Of a stretch of DNA of 64,000 nucleotides, positions 16,892-27,997 are shown one piece after another (the first letter of the stretch is position 1; each line of letters begins with the position of its first letter). The stretch lies in the NCBI RefSeq assembly GCF_046105845.1, contig NZ_CP151004.1; one strand, 5' to 3'. The DNA is from Escherichia coli. Its GTDB lineage: Bacteria; Pseudomonadota; Gammaproteobacteria; Enterobacterales; Enterobacteriaceae. The notes under the pieces were generated by a model. That model made no database searches and was not told the DNA's origin. It worked only from the letters and a program-made list of their open reading frames with translations. The translations under genes were made by a program, and so were the position numbers.

Positions 16892-17273
16892 ATGTGCAAA
16901 TTTGTTGCCATAACGCGGCGCGTGCCGTTGGGTTTGCCCGTAATTCGGTGAGCGCCGGTGATGCCACCTGAGCGCCTTCCAGTGATAGCGGTTCGTCAGT
17001 ACCCAACCGCCAGCTGTTGCAGCGACTGCCTTGCGGCAGCATCGCGATTTTTTCTGGCGTCAGTTGCAGCACTTGATCGGGGCTGACGGTTAATGCGCGC
17101 AGAACATCGCTCACTAAAGGATCAGTCAGGGCGGGAAGATCGTTTGCCACCATCACCAGACGGACGTGTGCCGGGATCGCAATGGCAATCTCCCCCTGCA
17201 ACGCGCCAGGGCGACGCAGCGACCACTGGGTAATGCCCAGTTGCTGTAACTGCCAGTCTCGTCGGGATGTCAT
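16860..17273 (-). CDS. holD: DNA polymerase III psi subunit
   Basis: 137 aa, MTSRRDWQLQQLGITQWSLRRP... Synteny. Confidence 0.9.
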   Translation of the reverse strand: MTSRRDWQLQQLGITQWSLRRPGALQGEIAIAIPAHVRLVMVANDLPALTDPLVSDVLRALTVSPDQVLQLTPEKIAMLPQGSRCNSWRLGTDEPLSLEGAQVASPALTELRANPTARAALWQQICTYEHDFFPRND

Positions 17274-17375
17274 AGCGAATCGCTCCTGTTGTCAGGGGCG
17301 CAAATATAGCAAATTCGTCGATACCGCGCCAACATATGGCTATAATCGCCGCCAGTATCAATTGAGGAGCATTCC

Positions 17376-18407
17376 ATGTCTGCATTTACCCCGGCAAGTG
17401 AAGTCTTGCTGCGTCACAGTGATGATTTCGAACAAAGCCGTATTCTTTTTGCCGGAGACTTACAGGATGACCTGCCCGCGCGTTTAGATACCGCGGCCAG
17501 CCGTGCTCATACCCAGCAATTCCACCATTGGCAGGTGTTAAGCCGCCAGATGGGGGATAACGCCCGTTTTAGTCTGGTCGCCACGGCGAATGATGTCGCA
17601 GATTGCGATACGTTGATTTACTACTGGCCGAAGAACAAACCGGAAGCCCAGTTCCAGTTGATGAATTTACTTTCTCTGCTGCCGGTGGGCACGGATATTT
17701 TTGTCGTTGGCGAGAACCGCAGCGGCGTGCGCAGCGCCGAACAGATGCTGGCAGATTATGCGCCGTTGAATAAAGTCGACAGCGCCCGTCGCTGTGGCCT
17801 CTATTTTGGTCGTCTGGAAAAACAGCCGGTGTTTGATGCCGATAAATTCTGGGGCGAATACAGCGTCGATGGCCTGACGGTCAAAACGCTGCCGGGCGTG
17901 TTTAGCCGCGACGGTCTGGATGTCGGTAGCCAGTTGCTGCTCTCGACGTTAACTCCGCACACGAAAGGTAAAGTGCTGGATGTCGGCTGTGGCGCGGGCG
18001 TGCTTTCTGTTGCCTTTGCGCGCCATTCGCCGAAAATTCGTCTCACTCTGTGCGATGTCTCTGCGCCAGCGGTAGAAGCCAGCCGCGCAACACTTGCCGC
18101 CAACGGTGTTGAAGGTGAAGTCTTTGCCAGTAACGTCTTTTCCGAGGTGAAAGGTCGTTTTGATATGATCATCTCCAACCCGCCGTTCCACGATGGGATG
18201 CAAACCAGCCTCGATGCGGCGCAAACGCTGATTCGCGGCGCGGTGCGTCATCTTAATAGCGGCGGCGAGCTGCGAATTGTAGCGAACGCCTTCCTGCCTT
18301 ATCCGGACGTGCTGGATGAGACATTTGGCTTCCACGAAGTGATCGCGCAAACCGGGCGCTTCAAGGTGTATCGCGCCATTATGACCCGCCAGGCGAAGAA
18401 AGGTTAA
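17376..18407 (+). CDS. rsmC: 16S rRNA m2G1207 methyltransferase RsmC
   Basis: 343 aa with the SAM motif [12 protein letters not shown] and NPPFH. Confidence 0.9.
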   Translation: MSAFTPASEVLLRHSDDFEQSRILFAGDLQDDLPARLDTAASRAHTQQFHHWQVLSRQMGDNARFSLVATANDVADCDTLIYYWPKNKPEAQFQLMNLLSLLPVGTDIFVVGENRSGVRSAEQMLADYAPLNKVDSARRCGLYFGRLEKQPVFDADKFWGEYSVDGLTVKTLPGVFSRDGLDVGSQLLLSTLTPHTKGKVLDVGCGAGVLSVAFARHSPKIRLTLCDVSAPAVEASRATLAANGVEGEVFASNVFSEVKGRFDMIISNPPFHDGMQTSLDAAQTLIRGAVRHLNSGGELRIVANAFLPYPDVLDETFGFHEVIAQTGRFKVYRAIMTRQAKKG

Positions 18408-18420
18408 GTATCTGATATCT

Positions 18421-18468
18421 GTCGCCGCATACCGTGTCGGATGCGGCGTACACGCCTTCTCTGACCGA
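18421..18468. repeat. REP element
   Basis: GCCGCATACCGTGTCGGATGCGGCGTACACGCC is the typical REP palindrome, located after rsmC. Confidence 0.6.
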
Positions 18469-18537
18469 CAAACGAATTATCCACAATCCGCTGATGGACA
18501 TTTTTCCAGCAATTACACCTCCGGCGATAATTAACTA

Positions 18538-18565
18538 TTGACGAAAAGCTGAAAACCACTAGAAT
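18538..18565 (+). promoter_or_regulatory. leuV operon promoter
   Basis: TTGACG (18538-18543), 16 nt, TAGAAT (18560-18565), followed by the GC-rich discriminator GCGCCTCC. It is about 40 nt upstream of the first tRNA. Confidence 0.7.
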
Positions 18566-18606
18566 GCGCCTCCGTGGTAGCAATTCTTTTTAAGAATTGA
18601 TGGTAT

Positions 18607-18693
18607 GCGAAGGTGGCGGAATTGGTAGACGCGCTAGCTTCAGGTGTTAGTGTCCTTACGGACGTGGGGGTTCAAGTCCCCCCCCTCGCACCA
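18607..18693 (+). tRNA. leuV: tRNA-Leu (CAG), copy 1
   Basis: 87 nt, GCGAAGGTGGCGGAATTGGTAGAC...TTCAAGTCCCCCCCTCGCACCA. The anticodon loop TTCAGGT gives CAG. It has a long variable arm and an encoded CCA. Confidence 0.95.
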
Positions 18694-18721
18694 AAAACCA
18701 CGTTGATATTGCTCGCACTGG

Positions 18722-18808
18722 GCGAAGGTGGCGGAATTGGTAGACGCGCTAGCTTCAGGTGTTAGTGTTCTTACGGACGTGGGGGTTCAAGTCCCCCCCC
18801 TCGCACCA
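18722..18808 (+). tRNA. leuP: tRNA-Leu (CAG), copy 2 (one variable-arm C to T difference at 18769)
   Basis: The same 87-nt sequence except GTGTTC instead of GTGTCC in the extra arm, which turns a C-G pair into a U-G pair. Confidence 0.95.
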
Positions 18809-18842
18809 AACGAGGCGATATCAAAAAAAGTAAGATGACTGT

Positions 18843-18929
18843 GCGAAGGTGGCGGAATTGGTAGACGCGCTAGCTTCAGGTGTTAGTGTCCTTACGGACG
18901 TGGGGGTTCAAGTCCCCCCCCTCGCACCA
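18843..18929 (+). tRNA. leuQ: tRNA-Leu (CAG), copy 3
   Basis: Identical to copy 1. Confidence 0.95.
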
Positions 18930-18967
18930 ATTATCTTTACTTCCTTTCTTGTTGCTTCCCTGTTTTA

Positions 18968-19204
18968 TCATCCCTGCTTCAAATTCATTATCATCAGCAT
19001 GATGCCAGCAATAAGCGCCAGGCACGATGGCAGCAAAACGTAATGCCGCAACTGTTTGTGATACAGCATCACCGGCGTCAATACTAATCCCATCAGAATG
19101 ATAATCCGCCATTGATCCGGCGATAAATCCGCATACATCAGCCCTGCAATCAGCAATCCCGGCAGCAACACTCCCCAGCCACTGCCCAGCGTACGTTGCA
19201 ACAT
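18968..19204 (-). CDS. yjjZ: Small membrane protein YjjZ (78 aa)
   Basis: ATG at 19204. MLQRTLGSGWGVLLPGLLIAGLMYADLSPDQW... is hydrophobic. It is divergent from fhuF and shares the Fur-box region. Confidence 0.65.
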   Translation of the reverse strand: MLQRTLGSGWGVLLPGLLIAGLMYADLSPDQWRIIILMGLVLTPVMLYHKQLRHYVLLPSCLALIAGIMLMIMNLKQG

Positions 19205-19222
19205 GGTTTCATCTCTTTCATT

Positions 19223-19262
19223 GATAATGATAACTAATATCATATGATAATTTTTATCATTT
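19223..19262. promoter_or_regulatory. Fur boxes in the yjjZ-fhuF divergent region
   Basis: GATAATGATAACTAATATC (19223-19241) matches the 19-bp Fur consensus GATAATGATAATCATTATC at 16/19. A second GATAAT...TATCAT element lies at 19246-19260. Confidence 0.75.
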
Positions 19263-19344
19263 GCAAGCCAGAGAAATCCCTTGCTATCGGGTAAACCTAT
19301 CGCTAGGATTAGCAATCATTATCATTTAGATTACTATCCCGATT

Positions 19345-20133
19345 ATGGCCTATCGTTCCGCACCGCTCTATGAAGATGTTATCTGGCGAACGCATCTCCA
19401 GCCGCAGGATGCTGGGCTTGCACAAGCCATACGGGCGACGATCGCCGAACATCGTGAACATTTGCTCGAGTTTATCCGCCTGGATGAACCCGCTCCGCTT
19501 AACGCCATGACGCTGGCGCAATGGTCATCAACGAATGCGCTAAGTTCTCTACTCGCGGTCTATTCCGATCATATCTATCGCAACCAACCAACGATGATCC
19601 GCGAGAACAAACCGCTGATCTCACTATGGGCGCAATGGTATATCGGCCTGATGGTGCCACCATTAATGCTGGCGCTACTGACGCAGGAAAAAGCATTAGA
19701 TGTGTCGCCGGAACATTTCCACGTTGAGTTTCACGAAACCGGACGCGCCGCCTGTTTCTGGGTCGATGTGTGTGAAGATAAAAACGCAACACTACATTCG
19801 CCGCAGCAGCGAATGGAAACGTTAATCAGCCAGGCGCTTGTTCCGGTTGTGCAGGCACTAGAAGCGACGGGAGAGATCAACGGCAAACTTATCTGGAGTA
19901 ATACCGGTTATTTGATCAACTGGTATCTCACTGAGATGAAGCAGCTGCTTGGCGAGGCGACGGTTGAATCGCTGCACCATGCCCTCTTTTTTGAGAAAAT
20001 GCTCACGAACGGTGAAGATAATCCACTCTGGCGTACCGTGGTACTGCGCGACGGCCTGCTGGTGCGCCGCACTTGCTGCCAGCGTTATCGCTTACCGGAT
20101 GTGCAGCAATGTGGCGATTGTACGCTGAAATGA
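19345..20133 (+). CDS. fhuF: Ferric-siderophore reductase FhuF
   Basis: 262 aa with the C-terminal 2Fe-2S motif CCQRYRLPDVQQCGDCTL. Confidence 0.9.
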   Translation: MAYRSAPLYEDVIWRTHLQPQDAGLAQAIRATIAEHREHLLEFIRLDEPAPLNAMTLAQWSSTNALSSLLAVYSDHIYRNQPTMIRENKPLISLWAQWYIGLMVPPLMLALLTQEKALDVSPEHFHVEFHETGRAACFWVDVCEDKNATLHSPQQRMETLISQALVPVVQALEATGEINGKLIWSNTGYLINWYLTEMKQLLGEATVESLHHALFFEKMLTNGEDNPLWRTVVLRDGLLVRRTCCQRYRLPDVQQCGDCTLK

Positions 20134-20170
20134 AAGCACTGCCGGGGAAGTAAACCCGGCATCATGCGGA

Positions 20171-20848
20171 TTAATAGGGATGCAACACATTACTTGCTTC
20201 GCAATGCCGCATACATAACAGAATATCTGCGGCCTCCAACAACCCTGCGTCAGAACTTACGCCCAGTTTCGACATCACATTAAATTTATGTGCACGGATC
20301 GTTTTGATATTGCGTTTAAGCTGCTCGGCAATTTGTGTCATTGAGTAGCCACGCGACATAAAGCGCAATATTTCTCTCTCCGTCGGGCTTAGCGTCCGGC
20401 TTTGGTTAATGTACCACTGATTGTTCAGTCGGTCGGTCGCCTGACGTACACCATTTAATGACAAAAAGAGTTCCTGATGAAAAATCTCCAGCGTTGACGC
20501 TTTACTTAATACACCGTCCAGCGGTGATGGCGACAATGAACCAATCAGCCGAGCTTCAATATCATCATCCGCAATAACTAAACGCCGGGTACGCGGAAAC
20601 TTAATCGCCAGTTCAGTCAGGCAAGATAATCCCTCTCTGCGCTCACTTCTCATGGCAGAAAAAGAAAAAATGACCGCCGCAAACGAGATCCGCGACATGG
20701 CATCCTGAAATGACTCCTGACTGGTATAGGTATGGAGCTTATAAGGGTTACCCGCAAACTTTCTGAATAAACTCTCAATACCGATACTACTCATGACGCA
20801 TTTTTCTATGAGTGCGACATTTCTCTTCTTAATTCGGCTGTGTTCCAT
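20171..20848 (-). CDS. bglJ: LuxR-type regulator BglJ
   Basis: 225 aa with the C-terminal LuxR HTH ([36 protein letters not shown]). It overlaps yjjQ. Confidence 0.85.
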   Translation of the reverse strand: MEHSRIKKRNVALIEKCVMSSIGIESLFRKFAGNPYKLHTYTSQESFQDAMSRISFAAVIFSFSAMRSERREGLSCLTELAIKFPRTRRLVIADDDIEARLIGSLSPSPLDGVLSKASTLEIFHQELFLSLNGVRQATDRLNNQWYINQSRTLSPTEREILRFMSRGYSMTQIAEQLKRNIKTIRAHKFNVMSKLGVSSDAGLLEAADILLCMRHCEASNVLHPY

Positions 20849-21531
20849 TCTGCGGCATCTCCATAAACAGAAGGCAAGTTAAGTTCTCTTGCACCCTGCG
20901 CGCTATTTATCCATGCATACATTTCAGCGTTGCTGTGAATTGCCAGTCGACGCATCGCACTGTTTTTTTGGGCGCTGATAGTTTTATTACTTTTCTTAAG
21001 CAATGAAGCTATCTGGTTGATGCCCCATCCTTTACCTAATAGCCGCAGTACCTTGCGCTCTGAAAGAGTGAGAATGACGGAGCGATAGCTAAAATCATGA
21101 GTTTCAATCATTGCCGGAGAGGTCAGCATGGCGCTGATACGCTCTGAGTGCGTATTGCCGGAACGTACGGTCTTGACCAGATTCTCAATGGGTTCAACAT
21201 CAGACAATAACGTCGCCGTAGGGCACATGAGCATTTCTACTGCCTGGGAATACCAGGAACGTGACACCATGAAAACCCAGTGAATTTCCCGATATTGTGA
21301 GATTAAAGAATAATAATGTTCACAAACAGAACGTGGATCTTCACTTTCACCGGCTAAATCAGCAATGACTAATCCGGAACGACGTAATTGTAATAAGGTA
21401 AGGTCCTCCGCAGAGGCGCTGGATATTATTTCATATTCAGGGAAGTGAGTCCTCATGACCTCTTTTAACCCTGCTTGCATAACAGGTATTTTACTGATAA
21501 CAATTCCATTTTTGCAGCATCCTGGCAACAT
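20806..21531 (-). CDS. yjjQ: LuxR-type regulator YjjQ
   Basis: 241 aa with the LuxR HTH ([34 protein letters not shown]). It lies upstream of bglJ in the same operon. Confidence 0.85.
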   Translation of the reverse strand: MLPGCCKNGIVISKIPVMQAGLKEVMRTHFPEYEIISSASAEDLTLLQLRRSGLVIADLAGESEDPRSVCEHYYSLISQYREIHWVFMVSRSWYSQAVEMLMCPTATLLSDVEPIENLVKTVRSGNTHSERISAMLTSPAMIETHDFSYRSVILTLSERKVLRLLGKGWGINQIASLLKKSNKTISAQKNSAMRRLAIHSNAEMYAWINSAQGARELNLPSVYGDAAEWNTAELRREMSHS

Positions 21532-22150
21532 ATTTCCTCCACATCCACTGTCTATAAATCATGATGGTTTATTCAGGATATTCATCCCTTAAATATTTTC
21601 AGCAAATTAATAGATTAAGCGAATAAATTATCCTTTGCATTCACTTTTATATCAGCATACTCCTGCTGCACATTAACTCCACTGCATGTGTCAGAAGGTT
21701 AGCATCAAATGATAACCTGGTGAAATAGCCTGGAGACATTTAAAATATCTACATTAAGTTGTTAGAAATACTTAATGAAAAACAGAAATCTCATTCATTT
21801 AATTTATAATTAAATGATATCTCTTCTCGCAGAATGCGGGAATCACACAATCAATATTTATTCAATAAAATCTAATGGTTTTAACTTGTTAACATTAAAA
21901 AACGCGCCCAGCTATCTATTATCCTGACTCGTAAAGGTCAAACAATAAATTCATTATAGTGATAATATTCATTCGATAGTTTGTTTACGGCGAGAGATAA
22001 TTCGCTTTTTATCACCAAGCGTCTCCCGATAACCAGGATTAATCAGCGCAATTTTGATCTTAACCTACCGCAAAACAGCCGTGCTTCATGATACAAATGG
22101 ATTCTCATTATCTGAACAATACGCAGCACGTCTATGACAAAGGGCGAGTT
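21532..22150. promoter_or_regulatory. AT-rich divergent yjjQ / yjjP control region (H-NS-silenced in K-12 per literature)
   Basis: About 600 bp, strongly AT-rich, with no credible ORF. The regulatory role is established knowledge for K-12 and is not read from this sequence. Confidence 0.4.
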
Positions 22151-22921
22151 ATGCAAACTGAGCAACAGCGAGCCGTAACACGGCTTTGTATCCAGTGTGG
22201 ATTATTTCTTTTGCAACATGGTGCGGAAAGCGCGTTGGTTGATGAGCTTTCCTCACGACTGGGTCGGGCGCTGGGAATGGACAGCGTCGAAAGTTCTATC
22301 TCTTCGAACGCCATAGTGCTGACAACTATTAAAGATGGGCAATGCCTGACATCGACACGAAAAAATCAAGATCGCGGCATTAATATGCATGTGGTGACTG
22401 AAGTCCAGCACATTGTGATTCTGGCGGAGCATCATCTGCTGGATTACAAAGGTGTAGAGAAACGATTTAGCCAAATTCAGCCATTACGTTACCCGAGATG
22501 GCTGGTAGCCTTAATGGTCGGCCTTTCTTGCGCCTGTTTCTGTAAACTCAATAAAGGTGGCTGGGATGGTGCCGTCATCACCTTCTTTGCCAGTACGGTC
22601 GCGATGTATATCCGCCAGCTACTGGCACAGCGTCATCTTCATCCACAGATCAACTTTTGCCTCACCGCTTTCGCCGCCACCACCATTTCCGGATTGCTTT
22701 TGCAACTTCCCACTTTCAGCAATACCCCCACCATCGCGATGGCCGCCAGCGTTCTGCTGCTGGTGCCGGGCTTTCCGTTGATTAATGCCGTCGCCGATAT
22801 GTTTAAAGGCCACATCAATACCGGACTGGCACGCTGGGCGATCGCCAGTCTGCTGACACTGGCTACCTGCGTCGGCGTAGTGATGGCACTGACGATTTGG
22901 GGGCTACGCGGATGGGTGTGA
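22151..22921 (+). CDS. yjjP: Inner membrane protein YjjP (ThrE family; 256 aa)
   Basis: ATG 22151, [27 protein letters not shown]... The ORF-track start is 21 codons upstream. Confidence 0.8.
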   Translation: MQTEQQRAVTRLCIQCGLFLLQHGAESALVDELSSRLGRALGMDSVESSISSNAIVLTTIKDGQCLTSTRKNQDRGINMHVVTEVQHIVILAEHHLLDYKGVEKRFSQIQPLRYPRWLVALMVGLSCACFCKLNKGGWDGAVITFFASTVAMYIRQLLAQRHLHPQINFCLTAFAATTISGLLLQLPTFSNTPTIAMAASVLLLVPGFPLINAVADMFKGHINTGLARWAIASLLTLATCVGVVMALTIWGLRGWV

Positions 22922-23385
22922 TCGAATTTCTGTTAGCGTTGGCGCAGGATATTATCCTCGCCGCCATTCCTGCGGTCGGCTTTGCGATGGTGTTCAACGT
23001 TCCCGTGCGGGCGTTACGCTGGTGTGCGCTGCTTGGCGCGATTGGTCATGGTTCACGAATGATCTTAATGACCAGCGGGCTGAATATTGAGTGGTCAACC
23101 TTTATGGCCTCCATGCTGGTCGGCACCATTGGTATTCAATGGTCGCGCTGGTATCTGGCGCATCCGAAAGTGTTTACCGTGGCGGCTGTTATCCCCATGT
23201 TTCCGGGCATATCGGCTTATACCGCAATGATTTCGGCGGTAAAAATCAGCCAGCTAGGTTACAGCGAACCGTTGATGATTACCCTGTTAACCAACTTTCT
23301 TACAGCTTCATCGATTGTTGGTGCGTTATCTATCGGTCTTTCCATTCCTGGATTATGGTTGTACCGCAAGCGCCCTCGCGTATAA
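22912..23385 (+). CDS. yjjB: Inner membrane protein YjjB (157 aa)
   Basis: ATG 22912, [13 protein letters not shown]... It overlaps the end of yjjP. Confidence 0.8.
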   Translation: MGVIEFLLALAQDIILAAIPAVGFAMVFNVPVRALRWCALLGAIGHGSRMILMTSGLNIEWSTFMASMLVGTIGIQWSRWYLAHPKVFTVAAVIPMFPGISAYTAMISAVKISQLGYSEPLMITLLTNFLTASSIVGALSIGLSIPGLWLYRKRPRV

Positions 23386-23491
23386 AATTGCCTCGCTTAA
23401 GCACACGGATGAGAGACAGCCTCCTCTCCTCCGTGTGTTACTATAAAAGTTATCTCCCTTCTCGTTCATCGTTCCATATTTGAGAAACAGT

Positions 23492-24031
23492 ATGTCTTCC
23501 AGAGTTTTAACCCCGGACGTCGTTGGTATTGACGCCCTGGTACACGATCACCAAACCGTTCTGGCAAAAGCTGAAGGCGGTGTGGTTGCCGTATTTGCTA
23601 ACAATGCCCCGGCGTTTTATGCCGTCACGCCTGCACGCCTGGCTGAACTGCTAGCGCTGGAAGAAAAGCTGGCGCGTCCGGGAAGCGATGTCGCTCTGGA
23701 CGATCAACTCTATCAGGAACCGCAAGCTGCTCCCGTTGCTGTACCCATGGGGAAATTCGTCATGTATCCGGACTGGCAACCCGATGCCGACTTTATCCGC
23801 CTGGCGGCGCTATGGGGCGTGGCACTAAGAGAGCCGGTGACCACCGAAGAACTGGCCTCATTCATTGCCTACTGGCAGGCGGAAGGTAAAGTCTTTCACC
23901 ATGTGCAGTGGCAACAAAAACTGGCGCGCAGCCTGCAAATCGGTCGTGCCAGCAACGGCGGACTGCCGAAACGAGATGTGAATACGGTCAGTGAACCTGA
24001 CAGCCAAATTCCACCAGGATTCAGAGGGTAA
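23492..24031 (+). CDS. dnaT: Primosomal protein DnaT (179 aa)
   Basis: [21 protein letters not shown]...[13 protein letters not shown]. It is followed 2 nt later by dnaC. Confidence 0.9.
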   Translation: MSSRVLTPDVVGIDALVHDHQTVLAKAEGGVVAVFANNAPAFYAVTPARLAELLALEEKLARPGSDVALDDQLYQEPQAAPVAVPMGKFVMYPDWQPDADFIRLAALWGVALREPVTTEELASFIAYWQAEGKVFHHVQWQQKLARSLQIGRASNGGLPKRDVNTVSEPDSQIPPGFRG

Positions 24032-24033
24032 CG

Positions 24034-24771
24034 ATGAAAAACGTTGGCGACCTGATGCAACGCCTGCAAAAAATGATGCCTGCCCATATCAAACCTGCTT
24101 TCAAAACGGGTGAAGAACTACTGGCCTGGCAGAAAGAACAAGGGGCGATCCGCTCCGCCGCTCTCGAACGTGAAAATCGGGCGATGAAAATGCAGCGCAC
24201 CTTTAACCGCTCCGGTATTCGTCCACTGCATCAGAACTGCTCCTTTGAGAACTATCGCGTTGAGTGTGAAGGGCAAATGAATGCGTTAAGCAAAGCGCGC
24301 CAGTATGTCGAAGAGTTTGACGGCAACATCGCCAGCTTCATCTTTTCTGGTAAGCCAGGAACCGGCAAAAACCATCTGGCGGCGGCAATCTGCAACGAGC
24401 TGCTGCTACGCGGTAAATCCGTATTGATCATCACCGTGGCCGATATTATGTCGGCGATGAAAGATACCTTCAGGAATAGCGGTACCAGCGAAGAACAACT
24501 GCTTAACGATCTGAGCAACGTTGATCTGCTGGTGATCGATGAGATCGGCGTGCAGACCGAATCGAAATACGAAAAAGTGATCATCAACCAGATCGTCGAT
24601 CGCCGCTCTTCTTCCAAACGCCCAACCGGGATGCTGACCAACAGTAATATGGAAGAGATGACCAAGTTGCTGGGCGAACGCGTGATGGACCGTATGCGCC
24701 TGGGTAATAGTTTGTGGGTGATCTTCAACTGGGATAGCTACCGTAGTCGGGTAACGGGTAAAGAGTATTAA
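24034..24771 (+). CDS. dnaC: Helicase loader DnaC
   Basis: 245 aa with Walker A GKPGTGKNHL and Walker B LLVIDEIG. Confidence 0.95.
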   Translation: MKNVGDLMQRLQKMMPAHIKPAFKTGEELLAWQKEQGAIRSAALERENRAMKMQRTFNRSGIRPLHQNCSFENYRVECEGQMNALSKARQYVEEFDGNIASFIFSGKPGTGKNHLAAAICNELLLRGKSVLIITVADIMSAMKDTFRNSGTSEEQLLNDLSNVDLLVIDEIGVQTESKYEKVIINQIVDRRSSSKRPTGMLTNSNMEEMTKLLGERVMDRMRLGNSLWVIFNWDSYRSRVTGKEY

Positions 24772-24816
24772 TCTCCGTTTCTGGCGGTATACTGCGACAC
24801 AATTCCACCTTGAGTA

Positions 24817-25314
24817 ATGATGATGAAAACTGTTAAACACCTTCTGTGCTGTGCCATTGCCGCCAGCGCATTAATTTCCACCGGGGTGCATGCTGCGTCC
24901 TGGAAAGATGCGCTCTCCAGCGCCGCCAGCGAACTTGGCAACCAAAACAGCACGACACAAGAAGGCGGTTGGTCGCTCGCGTCATTAACTAACTTGCTTA
25001 GCAGCGGGAATCAGGCCTTAAGCGCAGATAACATGAACAACGCCGCAGGCATTCTGCAATACTGCGCGAAGCAAAAGCTGGCTTCGGTAACCGATGCCGA
25101 AAACATCAAGAATCAGGTACTGGAAAAACTGGGCCTGAACAGTGAAGAGCAAAAAGAAGACACCAACTATCTGGATGGCATTCAGGGTTTGCTGAAAACT
25201 AAAGATGGTCAGCAACTCAATCTGGATAATATCGGAACGACTCCGCTGGCAGAAAAGGTGAAAACCAAAGCCTGCGATCTGGTGTTAAAGCAGGGGCTGA
25301 ACTTCATTTCCTGA
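24817..25314 (+). CDS. yjjA: Secreted/periplasmic protein YjjA (DUF2501)
   Basis: A signal-peptide-like N-terminus MMMKTVKHLLCCAIAASALISTGVHA. The start is ambiguous among three consecutive ATG codons. Confidence 0.75.
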   Translation: MMMKTVKHLLCCAIAASALISTGVHAASWKDALSSAASELGNQNSTTQEGGWSLASLTNLLSSGNQALSADNMNNAAGILQYCAKQKLASVTDAENIKNQVLEKLGLNSEEQKEDTNYLDGIQGLLKTKDGQQLNLDNIGTTPLAEKVKTKACDLVLKQGLNFIS

Positions 25315-25567
25315 ACCGCGAAACGCCGCGTTTTAGCTGTTACCCGGCTGACGCGGCTCTCTCCTGCCCTTTTCCCTGCTCCTGGACGGTTTTCCCCCTG
25401 TTACACGGGAAGCGACCGTAATCAAAAAAGTCTGTTTATAAACTAATTCCTAACAACATCGCATTTTTTTGACACTAGAATTGCAGCAATATGGCGACGC
25501 CATTACATTGTGCTTCTCAAAAAGCTTAAACGTTGGCTAAACGGCCCGGTTTAGTGAGGATCGCCCG

Positions 25568-27859
25568 TTGTCAGAACTACTCTCTTTCGCCCTTTTTCTC
25601 GCCTCTGTGCTGATTTACGCATGGAAAGCGGGACGTAACACCTGGTGGTTTGCAGCCACATTAACGGTACTGGGGCTATTTGTCGTTTTAAATATCACCC
25701 TGTTTGCCAGCGACTATTTTACTGGCGATGGTATTAACGACGCGGTTCTCTATACCTTAACCAACAGCCTGACCGGTGCTGGTGTCAGCAAATACATTCT
25801 TCCGGGTATCGGCATTGTGCTGGGGCTGACGGCGGTGTTCGGTGCGCTGGGCTGGATCCTGCGCCGTCGTCGCCATCATCCGCACCATTTTGGTTACAGC
25901 CTGCTGGCACTATTACTGGCGCTGGGTTCAGTGGATGCCAGCCCGGCATTTCGTCAGATAACGGAACTGGTGAAATCCCAGTCACGCGACGGCGACCCGG
26001 ACTTTGCGGCTTATTATAAAGAGCCGTCGAAAACTATCCCTGACCCGAAACTCAACCTGGTTTATATCTACGGCGAAAGTCTCGAGCGAACCTATTTTGA
26101 TAACGAGGCTTTCCCGGATCTCACGCCTGAACTGGGCGCGTTGAAAAATGAAGGCCTGGATTTCAGCCACACGCAGCAGCTGCCAGGAACGGATTACACG
26201 ATTGCGGGCATGGTGGCTTCTCAGTGCGGAATACCGCTGTTTGCCCCATTTGAAGGCAACGCCTCCGCTTCTGTTTCCAGCTTCTTCCCGCAGAACATCT
26301 GTCTGGGCGATATCCTGAAAAACTCGGGTTATCAGAACTATTTCGTGCAGGGCGCGAATCTGCGTTTTGCCGGTAAAGATGTGTTCCTGAAGTCGCATGG
26401 CTTCGACCACTTATATGGCTCAGAAGAGCTGAAAAGCGTGGTGGCCGACCCGCACTATCGCAACGACTGGGGATTCTACGACGATACCGTTCTCGACGAA
26501 GCGTGGAAAAAGTTTGAAGAGCTTTCCCGCTCAGGTCAGCGATTCTCACTGTTTACCCTGACAGTCGATACCCATCACCCGGATGGTTTTATCTCGCGCA
26601 CCTGTAACCGCAAAAAATATGATTTTGACGGTAAGCCTAATCAGTCATTCAGCGCGGTAAGTTGCAGCCAGGAGAACATCGCGACGTTTATCAACAAAAT
26701 CAAAGCGTCACCGTGGTTTAAAGATACCGTCATCGTCGTCTCTTCTGACCATTTAGCGATGAACAACACGGCGTGGAAATACCTCAATAAGCAGGATCGC
26801 AATAACCTGTTTTTTGTCATCCGTGGCGACAAGCCGCAGCAAGAGACGCTGGCAGTGAAGCGTAATACGATGGATAACGGCGCGACGGTGCTGGACATTC
26901 TCGGTGGCGATAACTATCTCGGACTTGGTCGTAGCAGTTTATCCGGGCAGTCAATGTCGGAAATCTTCCTCAATATCAAAGAGAAAACATTGGCGTGGAA
27001 GCCGGATATCATCCGCCTGTGGAAATTCCCTAAAGAGATGAAAGAGTTCACCATCGACCAGCAGAAAAACATGATTGCCTTCTCGGGTAGCCATTTCCGT
27101 TTGCCGCTGCTGTTGCGGGTTTCAGACAAGCGCGTAGAACCGCTGCCGGAAAGCGAATACTCAGCACCGCTGCGTTTCCAGCTGGCCGATTTCGCTCCAC
27201 GCGACAATTTCGTCTGGGTTGACCGTTGCTACAAGATGGCACAACTTTGGGCTCCGGAACTGGCACTCTCCACCGACTGGTGTGTCTCGCAAGGGCAGCT
27301 TGGCGGTCAGCAAATTGTCCAGCATGTTGATAAAACAATGTGGAAGGGCAAAACGGCATTTAAAGATACGGTCATCGACATGGCGCGTTACAAAGGCAAT
27401 GTCGATACGCTGAAGATTGTTGATAACGATATTCGCTACAAAGCCGACAGTTTCATCTTTAACGTCGCCGGTGCGCCAGAAGAGGTGAAACAGTTTAGCG
27501 GAATTTCCCGTCCGGAGTCGTGGGGCCGCTGGTCCAACGCTCAGCTGGGCGATGAAGTAAAAATCGAGTACAAGCATCCGCTGCCGAAGAAATTTGACCT
27601 GGTGATTACCGCCAAAGCATACGGCAATAACGCCAGCCGTCCTATTCCGGTACGCGTAGGCAATGAAGAACAAACCCTTGTGCTGGGCAATGAAGTGACC
27701 ACCACCACACTGCATTTCGATAACCCAACCGATGCAGGCACACTGGTAATTGTGCCGCCGGAACCTGTCTCAACCAACGAAGGGAATATCCTCGGACACT
27801 CGCCGCGTAAGCTCGGGATCGGCATGGTGGAAATTAAAGTGGTAGAACGTGAAGGGTAA
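25568..27859 (+). CDS. opgB: Phosphoglycerol transferase I OpgB (MdoB)
   Basis: 763 aa with a TTG start. It has N-terminal transmembrane segments and a sulfatase-type domain (...[10 protein letters not shown]...SSDHLAMNN). Confidence 0.9.
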   Translation: MSELLSFALFLASVLIYAWKAGRNTWWFAATLTVLGLFVVLNITLFASDYFTGDGINDAVLYTLTNSLTGAGVSKYILPGIGIVLGLTAVFGALGWILRRRRHHPHHFGYSLLALLLALGSVDASPAFRQITELVKSQSRDGDPDFAAYYKEPSKTIPDPKLNLVYIYGESLERTYFDNEAFPDLTPELGALKNEGLDFSHTQQLPGTDYTIAGMVASQCGIPLFAPFEGNASASVSSFFPQNICLGDILKNSGYQNYFVQGANLRFAGKDVFLKSHGFDHLYGSEELKSVVADPHYRNDWGFYDDTVLDEAWKKFEELSRSGQRFSLFTLTVDTHHPDGFISRTCNRKKYDFDGKPNQSFSAVSCSQENIATFINKIKASPWFKDTVIVVSSDHLAMNNTAWKYLNKQDRNNLFFVIRGDKPQQETLAVKRNTMDNGATVLDILGGDNYLGLGRSSLSGQSMSEIFLNIKEKTLAWKPDIIRLWKFPKEMKEFTIDQQKNMIAFSGSHFRLPLLLRVSDKRVEPLPESEYSAPLRFQLADFAPRDNFVWVDRCYKMAQLWAPELALSTDWCVSQGQLGGQQIVQHVDKTMWKGKTAFKDTVIDMARYKGNVDTLKIVDNDIRYKADSFIFNVAGAPEEVKQFSGISRPESWGRWSNAQLGDEVKIEYKHPLPKKFDLVITAKAYGNNASRPIPVRVGNEEQTLVLGNEVTTTTLHFDNPTDAGTLVIVPPEPVSTNEGNILGHSPRKLGIGMVEIKVVEREG

Positions 27860-27872
27860 TTCCTGACTGATG

Positions 27873-27899
27873 TGTAGGTCGCATAAGGTGCGACCTACA
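27873..27899. repeat. REP-like perfect 11-bp hairpin after opgB
   Basis: TGTAGGTCGCA-taagg-TGCGACCTACA. Confidence 0.5.
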
Positions 27900-27997
27900 C
27901 ACCTTCTCCGGCCTACAAAACATCATTGAGAAACAGAAAAAAACAGCGCCCAACACTTCCCCGGACGCTGCATGGCAACTTTAATAATCTCGCCTTA

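Noticed and set aside
18849-19112. ORFs overlapping tRNA-Leu copy 3 (18849-19043 plus strand, 18876-19112 minus strand)
   Set aside because: They start inside or run through a tRNA gene and are not coding. The genuine gene here is yjjZ (18968-19204).
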